Notes under the pieces: model-generated | What the model was told of the DNA's origin: nothing | Seen by the model: the letters and a program-made list of their open reading frames with translations, nothing else | Database searches by the model: none | Part shown: positions 14,201-28,539 of the stretch, piece after piece | How positions within the stretch are numbered: the stretch's first letter is position 1 | Layout of the letters: every line of letters starts with the position of its first letter | From: the human T2T-CHM13v2.0 reference genome, Homo sapiens | DNA: 64,000 nt | Assembly: GCF_009914755.1 (NCBI RefSeq) | Contig: NC_060930.1 | Strand: one strand, 5' to 3' | Made by a program: the position numbers and the translations under genes

Positions 14201-14954
14201 CAGCGAGTCCAGAAAATTCCTCTTTTGATTTAATTTGACTGATAAATTGGAAAGACCTCTGAGTTTTCTGTGTCTGAATGCTATTATTTCTCCAGATTTA
14301 GAAAAATTTCAGCCATTATTTTCATAAATATGCTTTCTAGGTCTTTTCCTTTCTTGTCTCCTTTGGTAATTCCAATTATGTAATGGTGTCCCATAATCCT
14401 TGTAGGCTTTCTTTACTCTTTTTAATTATTTTTCTCTTTTTGCTCTTCTAATTGGGTAATTTCATACATTCTGTCTTCAAGCTTGCTAATTCTTTTCCCT
14501 GTTTGATCAAGTCTCCAATTGAAGCTTTCTAGTGAATTTTTCAGTTCAGTTATTGTATTCTTAATTTCCAGCATTTTTATTTGGTTTAAATTTTTTTTTT
14601 TTTTTTGGTCAAATTTCTCATTTTGTTCCTGGATTGTTTTCTGAATTTCATTTAGTTTTTAATCTGTATTTTCTTGTGATTCCCTGAACTTCCTTAAGTA
14701 GATTGTTCTGAATTGTCTGTCAGATATTTTATAAATATTCATTTCTTCTGGATCCATTGCTGGAGCTTTGTTGGTTTCTTTTGGTGGTGTCATATTTCCC
14801 TGAGTTTTCACAATCATTGCATCTTTACATTGATGCTTGGGCATTTGAGGAGACAGCCACCTCTTTTAGTTTTTGCAGCTGTTCTTTGCCAATGTTAGAA
14901 CTTTACTTCCTAATATTAGAATGTAAACATTTGCTGCTTGTTGCTTCCTATTCT

Positions 14955-15220
14955 GTGGAGGACTTAGAGTGAGCACCAGAACTAAAACATCACACTAGAA
15001 CTAACTCATTGGCTTGTCTTTGTTTCTTGGTCTAGAAGACTTAGAGTGAGCACAGAACTTCAGTGCTACTCTGGAAATACACTGCTGCCCTGCCTTTGTT
15101 TCCCAGTCTAGAGAAGACTTATATAGTAGGCACTGGAGCATAAATGATGCCTTGAAACTATATTGCTGTCCTGCTGTTGTTTCTTCTGGGGAAGACTTAA
15201 GTGGGCATCAGAACTTATTC
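14955..15220. repeat. Degenerate ~78-bp tandem array (4 anchors) in the L1MA 5' region
   Basis: gactta anchors at 14961, 15038, 15116, 15194, each followed by (a/g)gca...ga(a/g)c. Confidence 0.7.
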
Positions 15221-16153
15221 CCAACCTTTTAGTTGTTTCTGGGCCAGAGGATGGCTCCACATGAGTACCTGGGCTTAGTGAAAAATTTTACTAGGGATTT
15301 GGGCCTTCCCATGGATGGTGCCCCCTATGGTGTTATGGCACCAGCCAGTGTCTTCAATGTTGTGTGCCCACTGATTAGAGCACTGAGCTGCTAAGACCCA
15401 CATGCCAATCGATGTGATCATTGCCCTGCTTTGTCCCCAGTTCACCCCAGTTTGTTCAGCCCTCCTGGTACTCCCAATAGTTCTCATGGGAAGAGACTAG
15501 AGTGGGCTTCCTATGAAGATACCCAAACTGATGGAGAAATCAAATCTCCACCTCCAGTTTCCTCCTTTCACCTTGGCAACTGTGGGTTGGTCGTAGCTTC
15601 TCTTGATTCTGTGGGTCCAGGGGGTTTCTCCACTTCTCCCTAGAGTTCTGGTGTATACAGGTTGGTATTTTTGTCTTTGAATTGTTTCTTGTTGTATTTG
15701 TGTGGAGGGTATGATGCCAGGGGGTTTTCTATTCCACCATCTTGCTGAAGTCACTCTGACAAAATCAAAAGCTGTTTTATGTGTACCCAAGGAGGCCCTC
15801 TGGCTCTTACATTCGGCCTTTACTTGCTGATTAATTTACTCTCAGTCTTTCATTGTTTTTCTCCAAAGCACTGATTGACCCTAGCAATGGCCTTTATGTT
15901 CTATATTTCTTATCCTTTTTTTCTCTATCTCTAAAATGCCTCACACATTGTACCTGTCAGTAAATTACCTTACATCAGTATAATATCTCAGTTCATCATG
16001 GTAACATTTTTAACAATTGCATGCTACTACATGTCAGGGTCTACCAGTAACTACCAGCTGTGATGGGATCATCATTGCCAGCTGCCTGCAAGTGATCTAG
16101 CTCCAAAATCTCATTTTAGAGTCTGCTCTCTCAGACTGCTTCTGGCACTAGCT

Positions 16154-16581
16154 GTTACTAGGCAGGTTTCCCAAGCAGCAGACTCTGATAAAAGATTTGT
16201 TGATAGGTGCATTAGGGCATGCTCACAGGAGTGAAGGAAATAGGATTTTCAGAAAAAGAAAATTCAAGCTGTGATGCAATCAATAAAGATCTCAGCCTAT
16301 CCTATGATCCATTCTGGAGCTATGATAGTTCTGCAAAGCTGTCCAGAATTGGGGCAAGGGAGATGGGCCTTTACACCTTTACATTGACCTGTCATTGGAG
16401 GAGGGCTGTTAAAAGGAAGGGGGCTTGGCCTTAAACAATGGTGCTCACTTCAGCTGAGGGAACATGCCAGAGAAGGGACCAGCTGGCAACAGTCTGATGC
16501 CAACACTCCTGGAAGCTGGGAGAATGAGAGCTTCAGTCCTGGAGGCACATATTTGTGCAGCATACTGTGGCATCCATCACA
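16154..16581 (-). mobile_element. LTR16-type (ERVL) solo LTR
   Basis: cagcagactctga...ggggcaagggagatgggcctttacacc...caacactcctggaagctgggagaatgagagcttcagtcctg...catccatcaca matches the LTR16 reverse complement. Confidence 0.7.
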
Positions 16582-18149
16582 TCCATCTTGCCAGAATCCA
16601 CACTCCTTCTATTTTATTTCCCTGCTTTCCTCAACATAAAGCTTCTACTTCATGATCCAAGGTGGTCTCTGAGAGGAGTGGAGATGATTACTCAATTCTC
16701 ATGCAGGAAAAATAGAGAAGCTAATATGGATGCAGGTGAGGTTGTAATTTGGTGATGGGAATATGAGGAAGTTCAAGTCTGATGTCTTTCTTTTTGGAAG
16801 AGTATGAGTCAAGGTAGTTGGCTGAGATTTGAGGAAGGAAACCTGAGGAGAGAGATGTTATGAAATGCTCATCTCAGAGAGTGGAGGGGCGGCTTCCTGG
16901 AGAACCACAGATGACTGCTGGGCATCATTGACAGACATTTTGGGATTTGTGGTCATTAATTTAAAAAAGGAAACCAAGTAATCCACATGTGCAAACAGCA
17001 GAAACCCATTTTAGCTATCTTAAGAACAAAATGGAATTTAGTGGAAGGATTAGATAGTAAAAAGAGGTTGGTCCAGACACCACTACTTTCACATAACAAA
17101 TGAATGCCAAGAGTACTCACTGGCCTTGCTAGAGTCACAAAACATTAAGACTTCAGGAGAGAGTATCTGCTTGGCAGAGCATGGCCCTTATGGGAGGGAA
17201 AAGAAAGGCTCTGGCAAGAAAGCAGTTCATCTTTCTGAGCAAGGCACAATGGGAGATTCTCTTAAAGGCAAAATTTTAGTGCTGCTGGTTGGTGACAGAT
17301 GTGGGGACTAGGGATACAGAAAGCAAATCCTAGCAATTCCCCACAACAAGCTCCCAGCAGTCTATCGTCTATAGTCAGGCATATCCATAGCTCACTTTCC
17401 CTAACTTAGCAAGTCAAAGAAGAAAAGCAAGGACACCAAACACAGGAACAAATGATCAATAACACAATTTTTCTGTTTAGGGACATTTTCATAAGTGCTT
17501 ACAGAGAGCTTTATGGAGGAATCCAACAATATATGTCAAAAGCCATTTAAAAGTACATACCATTTGACCTAGCTGTCTAAAAATGGAGAAAAGGAGCAAA
17601 GTGTTTTTATGTTCTTTCAATTTGGTTTAGGGGTGGTCATATTTATGTTTAAGTCTTCAGGGATTAAAGAAAAGTCACAAATGAAGATATTTTTGTTATG
17701 CCCCACAGTAAGAAAATCACCTTTAGCACTGAGCTGTGGTAATAGGCCAACTATGCTTTGTGTTAATTCATTTTTATTTTTAAACAAGGCAGAATTTGCT
17801 TTAGGAGGTACTTTCCTTTTAGCAGGTCTGTTCATCGAGATCACACTGTGTGATCTATACCTTACCATTTTATCCACCTTATAAATGGCAAATGGTGAGG
17901 ATGATGAGAATGTGGATACACTGAGCAGAGTATACCAGAAAAAAAAAATCCACTGACTAATAGTTGGTGACAAACATGATTAGAATATACGACATGGTTT
18001 CCTGTTAATTCTACCATTTCAGCATCTGCTATGTGTCCTTACTGGAGCTGGTCCAGGGAAGGTGGAAGACACAAAGACAAAATAGATACAGTTTCTAGTC
18101 TAATGATTTCATAATTTAGTGGAAAGAACCTGTTCTTTTTCAGAGGACC

Positions 18150-18420
18150 TCAGCTGTTGGGCTCCTCTTTCCTTTGGCTTTGCCTATGCACGTGATGTCT
18201 AGAACTTCAGCAGCCATGTTGTGATAGTGAGGCTGCAGTTATGAGAACAAAAAGTCCTGTAAGAATGAATAAGCAGAAATATAGAAAGAGTCTGGCTCCC
18301 TGATGACATTATTCAGCTGCTTGCATCAACACTGAGGCCACTGACCCTTTATGAAAACAACAAATGTCATTATGATTAAGAATAGGTCTTCATTTTCTTA
18401 CAGCTCAAAGTGTTCCTCAA
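18150..18420 (+). mobile_element. Old MLT1 LTR fragment
   Basis: gtgatgtctagaacttcagcagccatgttgtga...gaaagagtctggctccctgatgacatt. Confidence 0.55.
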
Positions 18421-18702
18421 GGTTACACATGAAATACTGGAAGGCTAGAAATTTTTAAATCTGAGGATCTAGTTTAAAATTTTACATTAGGTTTAACTTT
18501 TCCCAATAGTAACTTGCAAACGTTTTAAATCATTTCCTTCAACTCCCGTGACACCATTTTTGTTGCAGAAAGCCTTTTTCTCACGTGGGTACATTATATC
18601 CGAAAAGATACTGAGGGTGGTGCTTTTCCTATGATAAGTTCAGTATTCCCACTGATCTGCAGGGATACATCCAAGCGGATGCTTGAAACAAACGATAGTA
18701 CC

Positions 18703-19158
18703 TGTATTAGTTAGGGCTGTCTAAAGGGATAGAACTAATAGGATCGATGTGTATATATATAAAGGGAAGTTTATTAAGGAGTATTGAGTCACACCATCAC
18801 AAGGTGAGGTCCCACAATAGGCCGTCTGCAAGCTGAGGAGCAAGGAAGCCAGTCCAAGTCCCAAAGCTGAAGAACTTGGAGTCTGATGTTCGAGGGCAGG
18901 AAGTATCCAGCATAGGAGAAAGATGTAGGCCAGATGACTAAACCAGTCTAGTCTCTCCACGTTCTTCTGCCTGCTTTTATTCTGGCTGCACTGGCAGCTG
19001 ATGAGATGGTGCCCACCCAGGTTGGGGGTGGGTCTGCCTTTCTCAGTCCACTGACTCAAATAGTAATCTCCTTTGGCAACACCCTCACAGACACACCCAG
19101 GAATAATACTTTGCATCTTTCAATCCAATCAAGTTGACACTCAATATTAACCATCACA
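18703..19158 (-). mobile_element. MLT2A (MLT2A1-like) HERV-L solo LTR
   Basis: tgtattagttaggg...aagttgacactcaatattaaccatcaca; TSD gtacc/gtacg; 456 bp. Confidence 0.9.
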
Positions 19159-19224
19159 GTACGAAATCCTGTTTACACCGTTTTTTCCTATACATACCTA
19201 ATGTAAAGTTTAATTAATAAATTA

Positions 19225-19632
<408 letters not shown>

Positions 19633-21391
19633 CTATGGTCTCTCTTTCTCTCTCAAAATATCTTACTGCACTGTAATCATCAATCTCCAGACCACAGGTG
19701 ACCATGGATAATTGAAACAAAAACTACAAATAAGGGGAGGAAATATCAGTAAGGGTAAAACGAATCTAGCCAGAAGGCAAAGTTGGAGATTTTTCTCTCT
19801 GCTATTAGGTAGATAGATATATTTTCAGCACTATCCTCAGAATAAATTAATTAAAAGACTATGCTAAATGTTTTCAAGTCTGGTTCTGAAATAACTCCTT
19901 CAATTAGAGGTTATTTTTAGCTTCCTTTTTCTAAACTTAAATGAAGAACTTTTACATTTTTCTGGCGTTTCAGACTATTCTGTTTCTGTAGCTGCCATTT
20001 AAAGGTAGATCAGAAGAGAGGTAGACGGAGACTGAAATTCCTAATTTCACTTCCTCTTTTTGGTTTTCAAATTAATGAGTTGTGTACGACTGGGTGCGTG
20101 GGAAAGCATGCACAGGCCAGTGTCTTCCTTGGTTGTGTGATATCTCACACTTGCCCATGTCATGCGGCAGCATAATTTTCCATTAATGATCTGATTTGGC
20201 CCATGTGAACTTCACCTCCTACCCACATTCATAGCAGCTTTTGCTTGGGAAGGCTTTGCATTTTCTTCATGACTGGAGGTCACAATACTAAAAAATCCGT
20301 AGGAAAATAAAGTAATGGGCCTGCTAATATGTTTAATGGCTTTAATAGCATTGAAAACTAATATGCTTAATGCTCATTTCATTCATAGTTGCCCTTGGCA
20401 TGATGGATGGCAAGATTGTGCATTTATGCAGAGGCAAAAAATGGCCCAAATGTCACTGTGAGTGTGATGCAGGAGAGTGAGAGAGAAATGTTACGGCAGC
20501 ATTATGAAATCTCAACTCCAATCCATCTTCACAGGAAATAATTACATTAGGTGAGAAAAGGGGCAGCCAACCATGAGGCTGGTGCTAGCTTAAAGGAATT
20601 TGGTTCATTTGTTGAAAAGCAGAAATTCTGAAAGCCTGTGCTGAGTGAATTATCTTGAGAGCAAGACCCATAATAGCATAGAAAGAGGAAGTTCTGAGAC
20701 ATGACAAATTCTGAATTGGGGAGATCACCTTTTCTTTCACAGCTTTCTTCCTAGTTCTATGGTTACATTATGGGCTGTGTTCTAGAGCTTTCCAGCCTTG
20801 CCCTCTTTGGTCTATATCGCATTCCTTAGGGCACTATTCGTCGTAGGTAAGTGGATTAATTAATTCGGGTCACTACATCAGTATGTCGTGAACTGGTCCT
20901 ACACAAAGATGTTTTAGATGAGGCTCTCTGGAGAAAAACCTCAAGGGTCATCAGCAATTGGGAATCTCAGTAATACTGTGGCCCTGGCAGGGCTCTCAAG
21001 CATTTGCCCATGCCATCTGGACATGGGGCTGGTGCTGGAGAGACAGCACTAGCATTCTGAACTGTGAAGATAAAATTTGCTGGGACGATGAACCTCTTTA
21101 GTAGATTCCACTGCCTCAGCTTTCCAAGGGCCATAGGAGAGGACAGTATTAGTCTTTCCTCTTCCCTCAGGGGCCCAAACACCATCAGGGGCCTAGACAG
21201 GAGAGGGGGCTACAAAAGAGGAAGTCCTCAGAATTAGAAGCAAGCTGTGGGTACCGTGAAACCCTTTCCTCACTGATAGTGAACATCCATGTGGACACGC
21301 AATGGCCAATGACTGGGTCTAGAGACATTGACTTGCTCACCAAGTGACAGCATCTAAAGTGGCTATGACTCCTCATCATGGTCTTACTCGG

Positions 21392-21755
21392 TGATATGGT
21401 TTGGCTGTGTCCCCACCCAAATCTCATCTTGAATTGTAGCTCCCATAATTCCCACATGTCGTGGGAGAGACGTGGTGGGATGTAATTGAATCATGGGGGC
21501 AGGTCTTTCCAGTGCTGTTCTCATGATAGTGCATAAGTCTCATGAGATCTGATGGTGTTATAAAGGGGAGTTCCTTTGCACATGTTCTCTTGCCTGCCAC
21601 CATGTAAGACATGCCTTTGTTTCTACTTTGCCTTCTGCCATGATTGTGAGGCCTCCCCAGCCATGTGGAACTGTGAGTCCATTAAACCTCTCTCCTTTAT
21701 AAATTACCCAATGTCAGGTATGCCTTTATTAGCAGCATGATAATGGACTAATACA
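21392..21755 (+). mobile_element. THE1B-like MaLR solo LTR
   Basis: tgatatggtttggctgtgtccccacccaaatctc...ggactaataca; TSD ctcgg/ctcag; TAATTGAATCA at 21483-21493. Confidence 0.9.
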
Positions 21756-22101
21756 CTCAGCCTTACAAGGTCCTGCCTTTCCCATCAACTCATACAGGGG
21801 CTTGTGATGCTTACTGCAGAGGAGAACTTTTAAACAATATCTCTTTAGGATAAGTAACAGTAATGTGACCACTGGGGTTTTTGAAAGATTCCATTCTAAG
21901 CCAAGGCTTATAGGGCATAATGCTTTACTATTCTAAATTTTCACCACAATTTTAGTGTAGCCGTAGCATCTAAGCATTTGTGTTTACTAACAGCTGCTCA
22001 CCCCCAGGTCTTAAACAAAGCATTCTGTATGAGTTCAAGTTTTTGAGGATCCTTAGGACTTTACTTGGTGACAGGCAATTCAGTAATTTTAAAGGTTAAG
22101 G

Positions 22102-22393
22102 GGATGGGCATGGTGGCTCATGCCTGTAATCCCACCACTTTGGGAGGCTGAGGCAGCAGATTGCTTGAGGTCAGGAGTTGGAGACCAGCTTGGCTAACAT
22201 GGTGAAACCCCATCTGTACTAAAAAGACAAAAAAATAGCGGGGCATAGTGGTGCACGCCTGTAGTCCTAGCTACTCAGGAGGCTGAGGCAGGAGAATCGC
22301 TTGAACTCGGGAGGCAGAGGTTACAGTGAGCCAACATAGCACGACTGCCTGGGTGACAGAGCGAGACCCAGTCTCAAAAAAAAAAAAAAAAAA
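22102..22393 (+). mobile_element. AluS
   Basis: Full Alu with polyA; TSD approximately aa(g/a)gttaagg. Confidence 0.95.
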
Positions 22394-23134
22394 GTTAAGG
22401 AATAAAGAAAATGACAGTTAGTGAGTCTTCTTAATTGTTCTGGATATTCTGAAGACAGCCTAGCTACCAAAGCGTCCTGAAGCCCAGTTATTTTATTGAT
22501 TGCCCCACCTCACCTAAATAATTGATTTTATAATTTACATTTGATTCCATCATATTTGAGCTTTTCCCCTGGAACAAATTTATAAGGTAAACTCTCCCAG
22601 ATGAAAATAAAATTTCATTTACCAACTTTGACTTCTAAATGGTTTATTGATACCCTTCATTCATCTCTCAATTTAGAAGATCTATTTAAAAGGAAAGATA
22701 AATATAAATTACAGCATGGATAGTAATCTTTTCTTTCAGCAATTACTAAGTGGAATTTCATTTTGTTGACATCTAGGAAAGAAGTCATCCCTCAAATTGC
22801 AATTTAGTAATACTCCTCCCTTTCTTGAAATGAAGGAGCAGCTCAAATTTGGCTTAATGGTCCCTATTTTCTGGCCCCTATAGTTACTAATTCACATGTT
22901 TGAGGTTACAGTTGCATAGACCAAAAATTTAGAAAGGAATTCTCCATGATCAAAAATATGTAATTTAGTGGAAGGTTCAGAGCCACGTTAAGGGCAGCAG
23001 TTGTTTCTTTAGGTATCAAACACAAGCACCCTGTTTAGCAATGCCATAACAAAGCATAAGCAGTTAAAGTGGAAAGACGAATGGGTAAAACTTTACCAGT
23101 CAAACTACATTTTTAAAAGAATCTTTTAAAAAGG

Positions 23135-23430
23135 GGCTGAGTGTGGTAGCTCATGCCTGTAATCCCAGCACTTTGGAAGACTAAGGCGGTAGGATCACTT
23201 GAGGCCCAGAGTTTGAGACCAGACTGAGCAACATAGACCCCATTGTTACCAAAAAAAAAAATAAATAAATAAAAAATTAGTCAAGCGTGGCACATTATCT
23301 GTAGTCAGAAGTCTAAAGCTGGAGGATCACTTTGGCCCAGGAGTCCAAGGCTTCAGTAAGCTGTGATTGCACCATTACACTCCAGCCTGAACAACAGAAC
23401 ACGACCCTCTCTCAAAAAAAAAAAAAAAAA
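23135..23430 (+). mobile_element. AluJ
   Basis: Diverged Alu with J-type aggatcacttgaggccc...gctgtgattgcacc and polyA. Confidence 0.9.
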
Positions 23431-23439
23431 GTATGTGGA

Positions 23440-23630
23440 AGTACTATGTATCCAATATTTCATTCTCTCAACTGCCATTTGAAATAGGCATTGGTAATTC
23501 CATTTTACAGACGAGAAAACAAGACTCAGATTGTTTAAGTAACAATCTAAGTCTTTCCCAAGGACGCAGAATCGTGAGTGGTAGGTCTGGAACTGAAGTT
23601 CTAGCAAGCTCAAGCTCACTGTCTTCCCCC
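23440..23630 (-). mobile_element. MIR
   Basis: MIR core ccattttacagacgagaaaacaagactcaga...cccaagg. Confidence 0.7.
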
Positions 23631-24019
23631 TACATGATGTGTCTGTGCATAGGACAACTATAGTAAAATCAACCAAGACAATTATCTCTTTGTCATGAAT
23701 ATATTATTAAATTAAGGGCAGAAAAGTTATCAGCAGCTTCTACTTGAAGAGAATCTGCTTTGCCTGATCTGTCCTTCATCTGTATTCTTCTATCTTCTCT
23801 CCTTTACCTTGCCATCACCATATAAGACATGTATCTGTGGCTTAGAATCAAGTTCTTGCAGGAAGACAATATCCTTGGCCACAGAATTTACACCAAAATA
23901 TTAACAGTGGTTGTGTCTGAAATAGGGTAAATTTATTCCTTCTTGCTATATTTGTATATTTCATAATAAAAGTACACTTGTAAAAATAAGGTCTTAAATG
24001 TACATTTCTAAATTTATCT

Positions 24020-24300
24020 TCTTAAAAAATTTTAAAATTGACAAATAAAAATTGTATACATTATGGGGTATGACATGATGTTTTGATATATGTGTACATT
24101 GTAGAATGGCTAAATCAAGCTATTGAACATATCCATTTCCTCACATATTTATCATTTTTTTGGTGGTGAAGGCGTTCACTTTTCAAGTATGCAATGCATT
24201 ATTAGCTACAGTCACCATGTTGCACAACAGATCTCTTGAACTTATTCCTCCTGTCTAACTGAAATTTTATACCCTTTTACCAACATCTCTTTGATTCCCC
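24020..24300 (-). mobile_element. L1MA 3' end fragment
   Basis: aattgacaaataaaaattgtatac...gaatggctaaatcaagcta...agatctcttgaacttattcctcctgtctaactgaaa. Confidence 0.85.
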
Positions 24301-24737
24301 CCTAATGTTTTAAGTTAAAACTATGACTTTAACATGGAAAAAATAAAGAATTAAATGAACTATTGCCATCTAACAATATTTTGGTGAAATCCACCAGCTA
24401 TAAAAGCCCAACTTATAAACATCCCAAAATGCCAACAATCAGAATGAATTTAGCTGTCATCACTTACTTGCTTTAATTTTCTTCACAGTTTTTTAATGTA
24501 CTTCCATGTGTCTTATGGGGACATGTGACCGATATTAGGTCACTTGTCCTCATGCCTCATTCTCTAGGAATCAAGGACTTGTCTTGCTTTAATTTTGCTG
24601 GCTTTAGCCTTGCTACTCTTCCCAGTCCTTCATCCGCCGCCAAGGTTTCCCCAGGACAGCGATGGTTTGACTTTGTTTATTCCTGCTGTTACGCATCAGG
24701 CCAGAATATGCTCAGGAGCTACAGAATTGTTTATTTA

Positions 24738-24920
24738 AACACACACACGTGCGTGCACACACACGTGCATACACACACATGCACACACAGGCTCACGTGC
24801 ACACAAGCACACACGTGGACACACACACACACAGGCACATGTGAACGTACACACGTGTGTGCAAGCACACATGCGTGCATGGACACACACCACGCACACA
24901 CACACTCGCACACACACACA
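24738..24920. repeat. Degenerate (CA)n/(CACG) alternating purine-pyrimidine tract
   Basis: About 180 bp of ca/cg/tg alternation, visible directly. Confidence 0.9.
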
Positions 24921-27900
24921 TTTTTTCTCTTATTAGAAAAGTAACATTTTGGAAATCTCAGGGAAAAAAATTGATAAACCAAAAGATAAAAACAATGCCA
25001 CATTGAATTTCACACAGAGCTGTCTTTGTGGATATCCTTTCATTATTTTGCCTATTCGTGTGTGTGTTCCCGTGTGCACGTGTACATGTGCACATGTGAT
25101 CATAAAAAACTGGACAGAATTCTGTTATTAAAAAGTCCCAATTTAAAATAGAATAGTTTGGTCTAAGTTTAAAATTACATTTTAAGATATGGCTTATTAT
25201 ACCATGTTTGCTTTAAAGATGACCTCTCTACAGCTTATGCTAACTCTCCAGTAGCTTCCATAAAATATTAAAAACTAGTTCTGCCTCTCCTAAAGGAAGG
25301 CACTTTTATTTTCTTACACTCATTTTAATGCCTAAAATAAGAGCTTCCTCCCTCTCCCCCAATATGGTCACTATCTTCAGGACGTACTAAATCAGGAAGC
25401 TTCTCAATTCTTTCTTCCTCTACTAGTTCCTCTTTTTGGAAGAAGTTACTTTCTTAACTGGACAGATGGAAGAGTCCAACAGGCTCTGAACTGAGCCAAA
25501 GCAGAAGTGGAATCCAACACCAGGGAGCAGGTCCACATCTCCACCTCCTCCCATTTCACCTTCCCTCGTGGTGAGCTCAGCAGGAAGGGCCTCTCCTGAC
25601 TGAAACTCCCCAGCCGCATTGTCTGTGGCTGCGAGGGGAAGTCAGATTCAGCCGGGGGAGAAGAAGGAAGCCTCACTCTCCCCCTAACCCTTTGGCACTC
25701 TGTGACCTCCCATCTGTCTCCTGTTTACACAGCAAACTGATTAGAACCCAGAGGAGAGCAAGAGTATGATTAGTCAGCACCCCAAATCTCAAGAATGGTC
25801 CCTATAGGATACGCTCTGTATGTTGTAATATGCAGATATGTGCACCGTGTGTGGTGTGTTAAGTATACATTGTAGATTATACTTACATTGTAATGTGCTT
25901 GTACATTAAATTACAAGTAGATTTTTATAAATTGCACAGGGAAGTTTCAACTTCCTTTAGGGCTCCATAATTAAGCTTCCTAGAATAGCTTAGAAAACAA
26001 ATTTGCAATCATGTCAAAGCTAACCTATAACTTTAGTATAAAATTTAGCAAAATACATGCTGGGTAAAGAGCCATTGAAATATACTTTAAAACCACCAAC
26101 CATTCTCACTTAGGTGAGAGCAACAGGGTAAGTTTCATTTACTTAGAAGTTAGTTTTGTTGTTTTTTAGTTTAGGGCCTGGCTAAGGCTCCTTCATTCCC
26201 TCTGCATTCTTCATACCTCACGTCTGTAAATACCACGAGATGCTCCCCACATGCAACTGTCCAGAAGCATGTCATCCCATTCTCAGTCTCAAATGGACTT
26301 TGTTCTTTTCAAAGGAAGAGAGGTCTTACCTGAGGCAGAACTGCAGCCACTCCTGGGATTTAGACACTTCCGGTTACGTCTGGTGGGCAGGTAGGATGAG
26401 ATGATGAAAGCCTATTTCCAGAGGCTAAGGAGGTTCCTAGGAGGTAATTCATCCTAAGGGAAGAAGGAACCGGGCACAACCAGCTTGATACCGCCATAGA
26501 GGCTTCGTGGTCAACGGTGGGGAGGAATTTGGAGCACAGTGTTGTGCCAGTTTCACAGATCTGTCATCAGTACACAAGACTCTACATCTGGGTTCTAGGA
26601 AGAGAAGGGGCTGTAAGTCATAATTGGAGCATTTATTTATTTATTTAGGCTAACACTGGGATATACTTGCTTTGCTTGGGTAATTCCCTAAAGGAATGTG
26701 ATATGAGAGAGATAGGGAAGGGGACAGTGGCCAGCAGACAGTGTTGGTACCTGGAAGCTTCCCAGGCATCGCTGGTGGCAGCTGAAGCTGTGGTCGTAGG
26801 CAGAGGTCTGTGCCTACAGCAGCACTACCCAGAAGGAGACCACCAGGTCTGGAGGGTGTGGTGGGCCCTGCAGAATCTGGGTGGGGCTCTCCTGAGGCAG
26901 CATCAGGGGTGATATCCTGCAGGGGCAGGGCCAGGGCCAGCAGAGCAGTCTGCTCCCAAGGACCCTGGGGTTAAGGGATGGAATGCTTACTAATTATACT
27001 CTAAATCTGGACCTCCGGGCTCAAACTGCCAGAAGCCCAGACAGGATGGAGGGATAAGAAAAGGAAACAGGAAATACTCAGAATTAAAGAAGAAATAGAG
27101 GTGCTAAAAGACCTTCTTACTGACACAGGTATCAGAATGGATAGATGGAAGATGACCTGAAACCTGGCCAGACACATTTCTAAGCACATGTGAAATGCAT
27201 ATGGGGAACCCTCAAGAGGAGGCTTTTGGTAGCTGGGGACCCACATGAATAGGTAGATTCTTGTTTCACTACAACAAAAATTATATCAAAGCGAAACAAA
27301 ACTTGAACACAGAAACATCTATACTGGCCTAGAAAAGTGGAGACGAGAGGGAGGGAGAGAAATTGTCAAGGATTAAATTATGTTTGCAATCTCAAAACAC
27401 ATTCTGCAGCAGAGCCTGGGAGTCTATGTGTCCATTTATGTAATTTAGAGTGTTTTGTTCAACCATGATTTTGCAGGTTGGGCAGAGGTGGGGTGGGAGA
27501 CTGATATTCATTGTTGCACAAGATGTTTTTGAATGGCAGAAATTAATTGCTGTTCATTCCATCTCAGGTTATACTATTTTCGTAGGATAACCTGAATTCA
27601 TCTCAGTGATGCATCTTCAATGGGACTGAGGTATGTGTGCTTAGAATAGACTAAGAGCAGGAATTGCAGTGTTAGAAGGACTTGTGGTTTGCTCTTGTTT
27701 GGATTACCTTCCAGAAATAAAAATAATATATAAAACTCCAGCTGCCCCTTAGCACTAACTACATTAAGTTTAAGCATTACCCAGTGATATATAAATAAAA
27801 ATGCCACATTATTTTTATGGAAAGTAATTTAAAGCCCCATAAATGGAGTCATATTTATCTGTGATTCTCACTGCTGTTAAGACCCCGTCTGTATCTCCTT

Positions 27901-28006
27901 CATTTCAGGGAAACCTGAAGTTCCTTCAGAAATAAAAAGGGTAACTTCCTGGTCCCAGTAACCTTTATAACTAGGATACTTTATTTTTTTTCTAAAATCT
28001 TACTTA

Positions 28007-28318
<312 letters not shown>

Positions 28319-28539
28319 TTAGAGTTTGAGGATGCAGAATTTAATTTAATGTTATCAGGGCAATGTTTTTTTCTTATCTTGGGGTTACTTAGCTTAAATA
28401 CTTTTCCTTTTTAATTATTAGAGAGACAGTGTGAGATCCTAAGTAGATATTGTAGAATCTCATCAAGGTATCTCTGACTCTCAAAAAGTCATTTTTGAGA
28501 CGGTTGAGAGAGACAAAAGGACAACATAGACAAACTCAT

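Noticed and set aside
24525-25003. His/Thr- and Cys/Val-rich ORFs
   Set aside because: Translations of the (CA)n tract.
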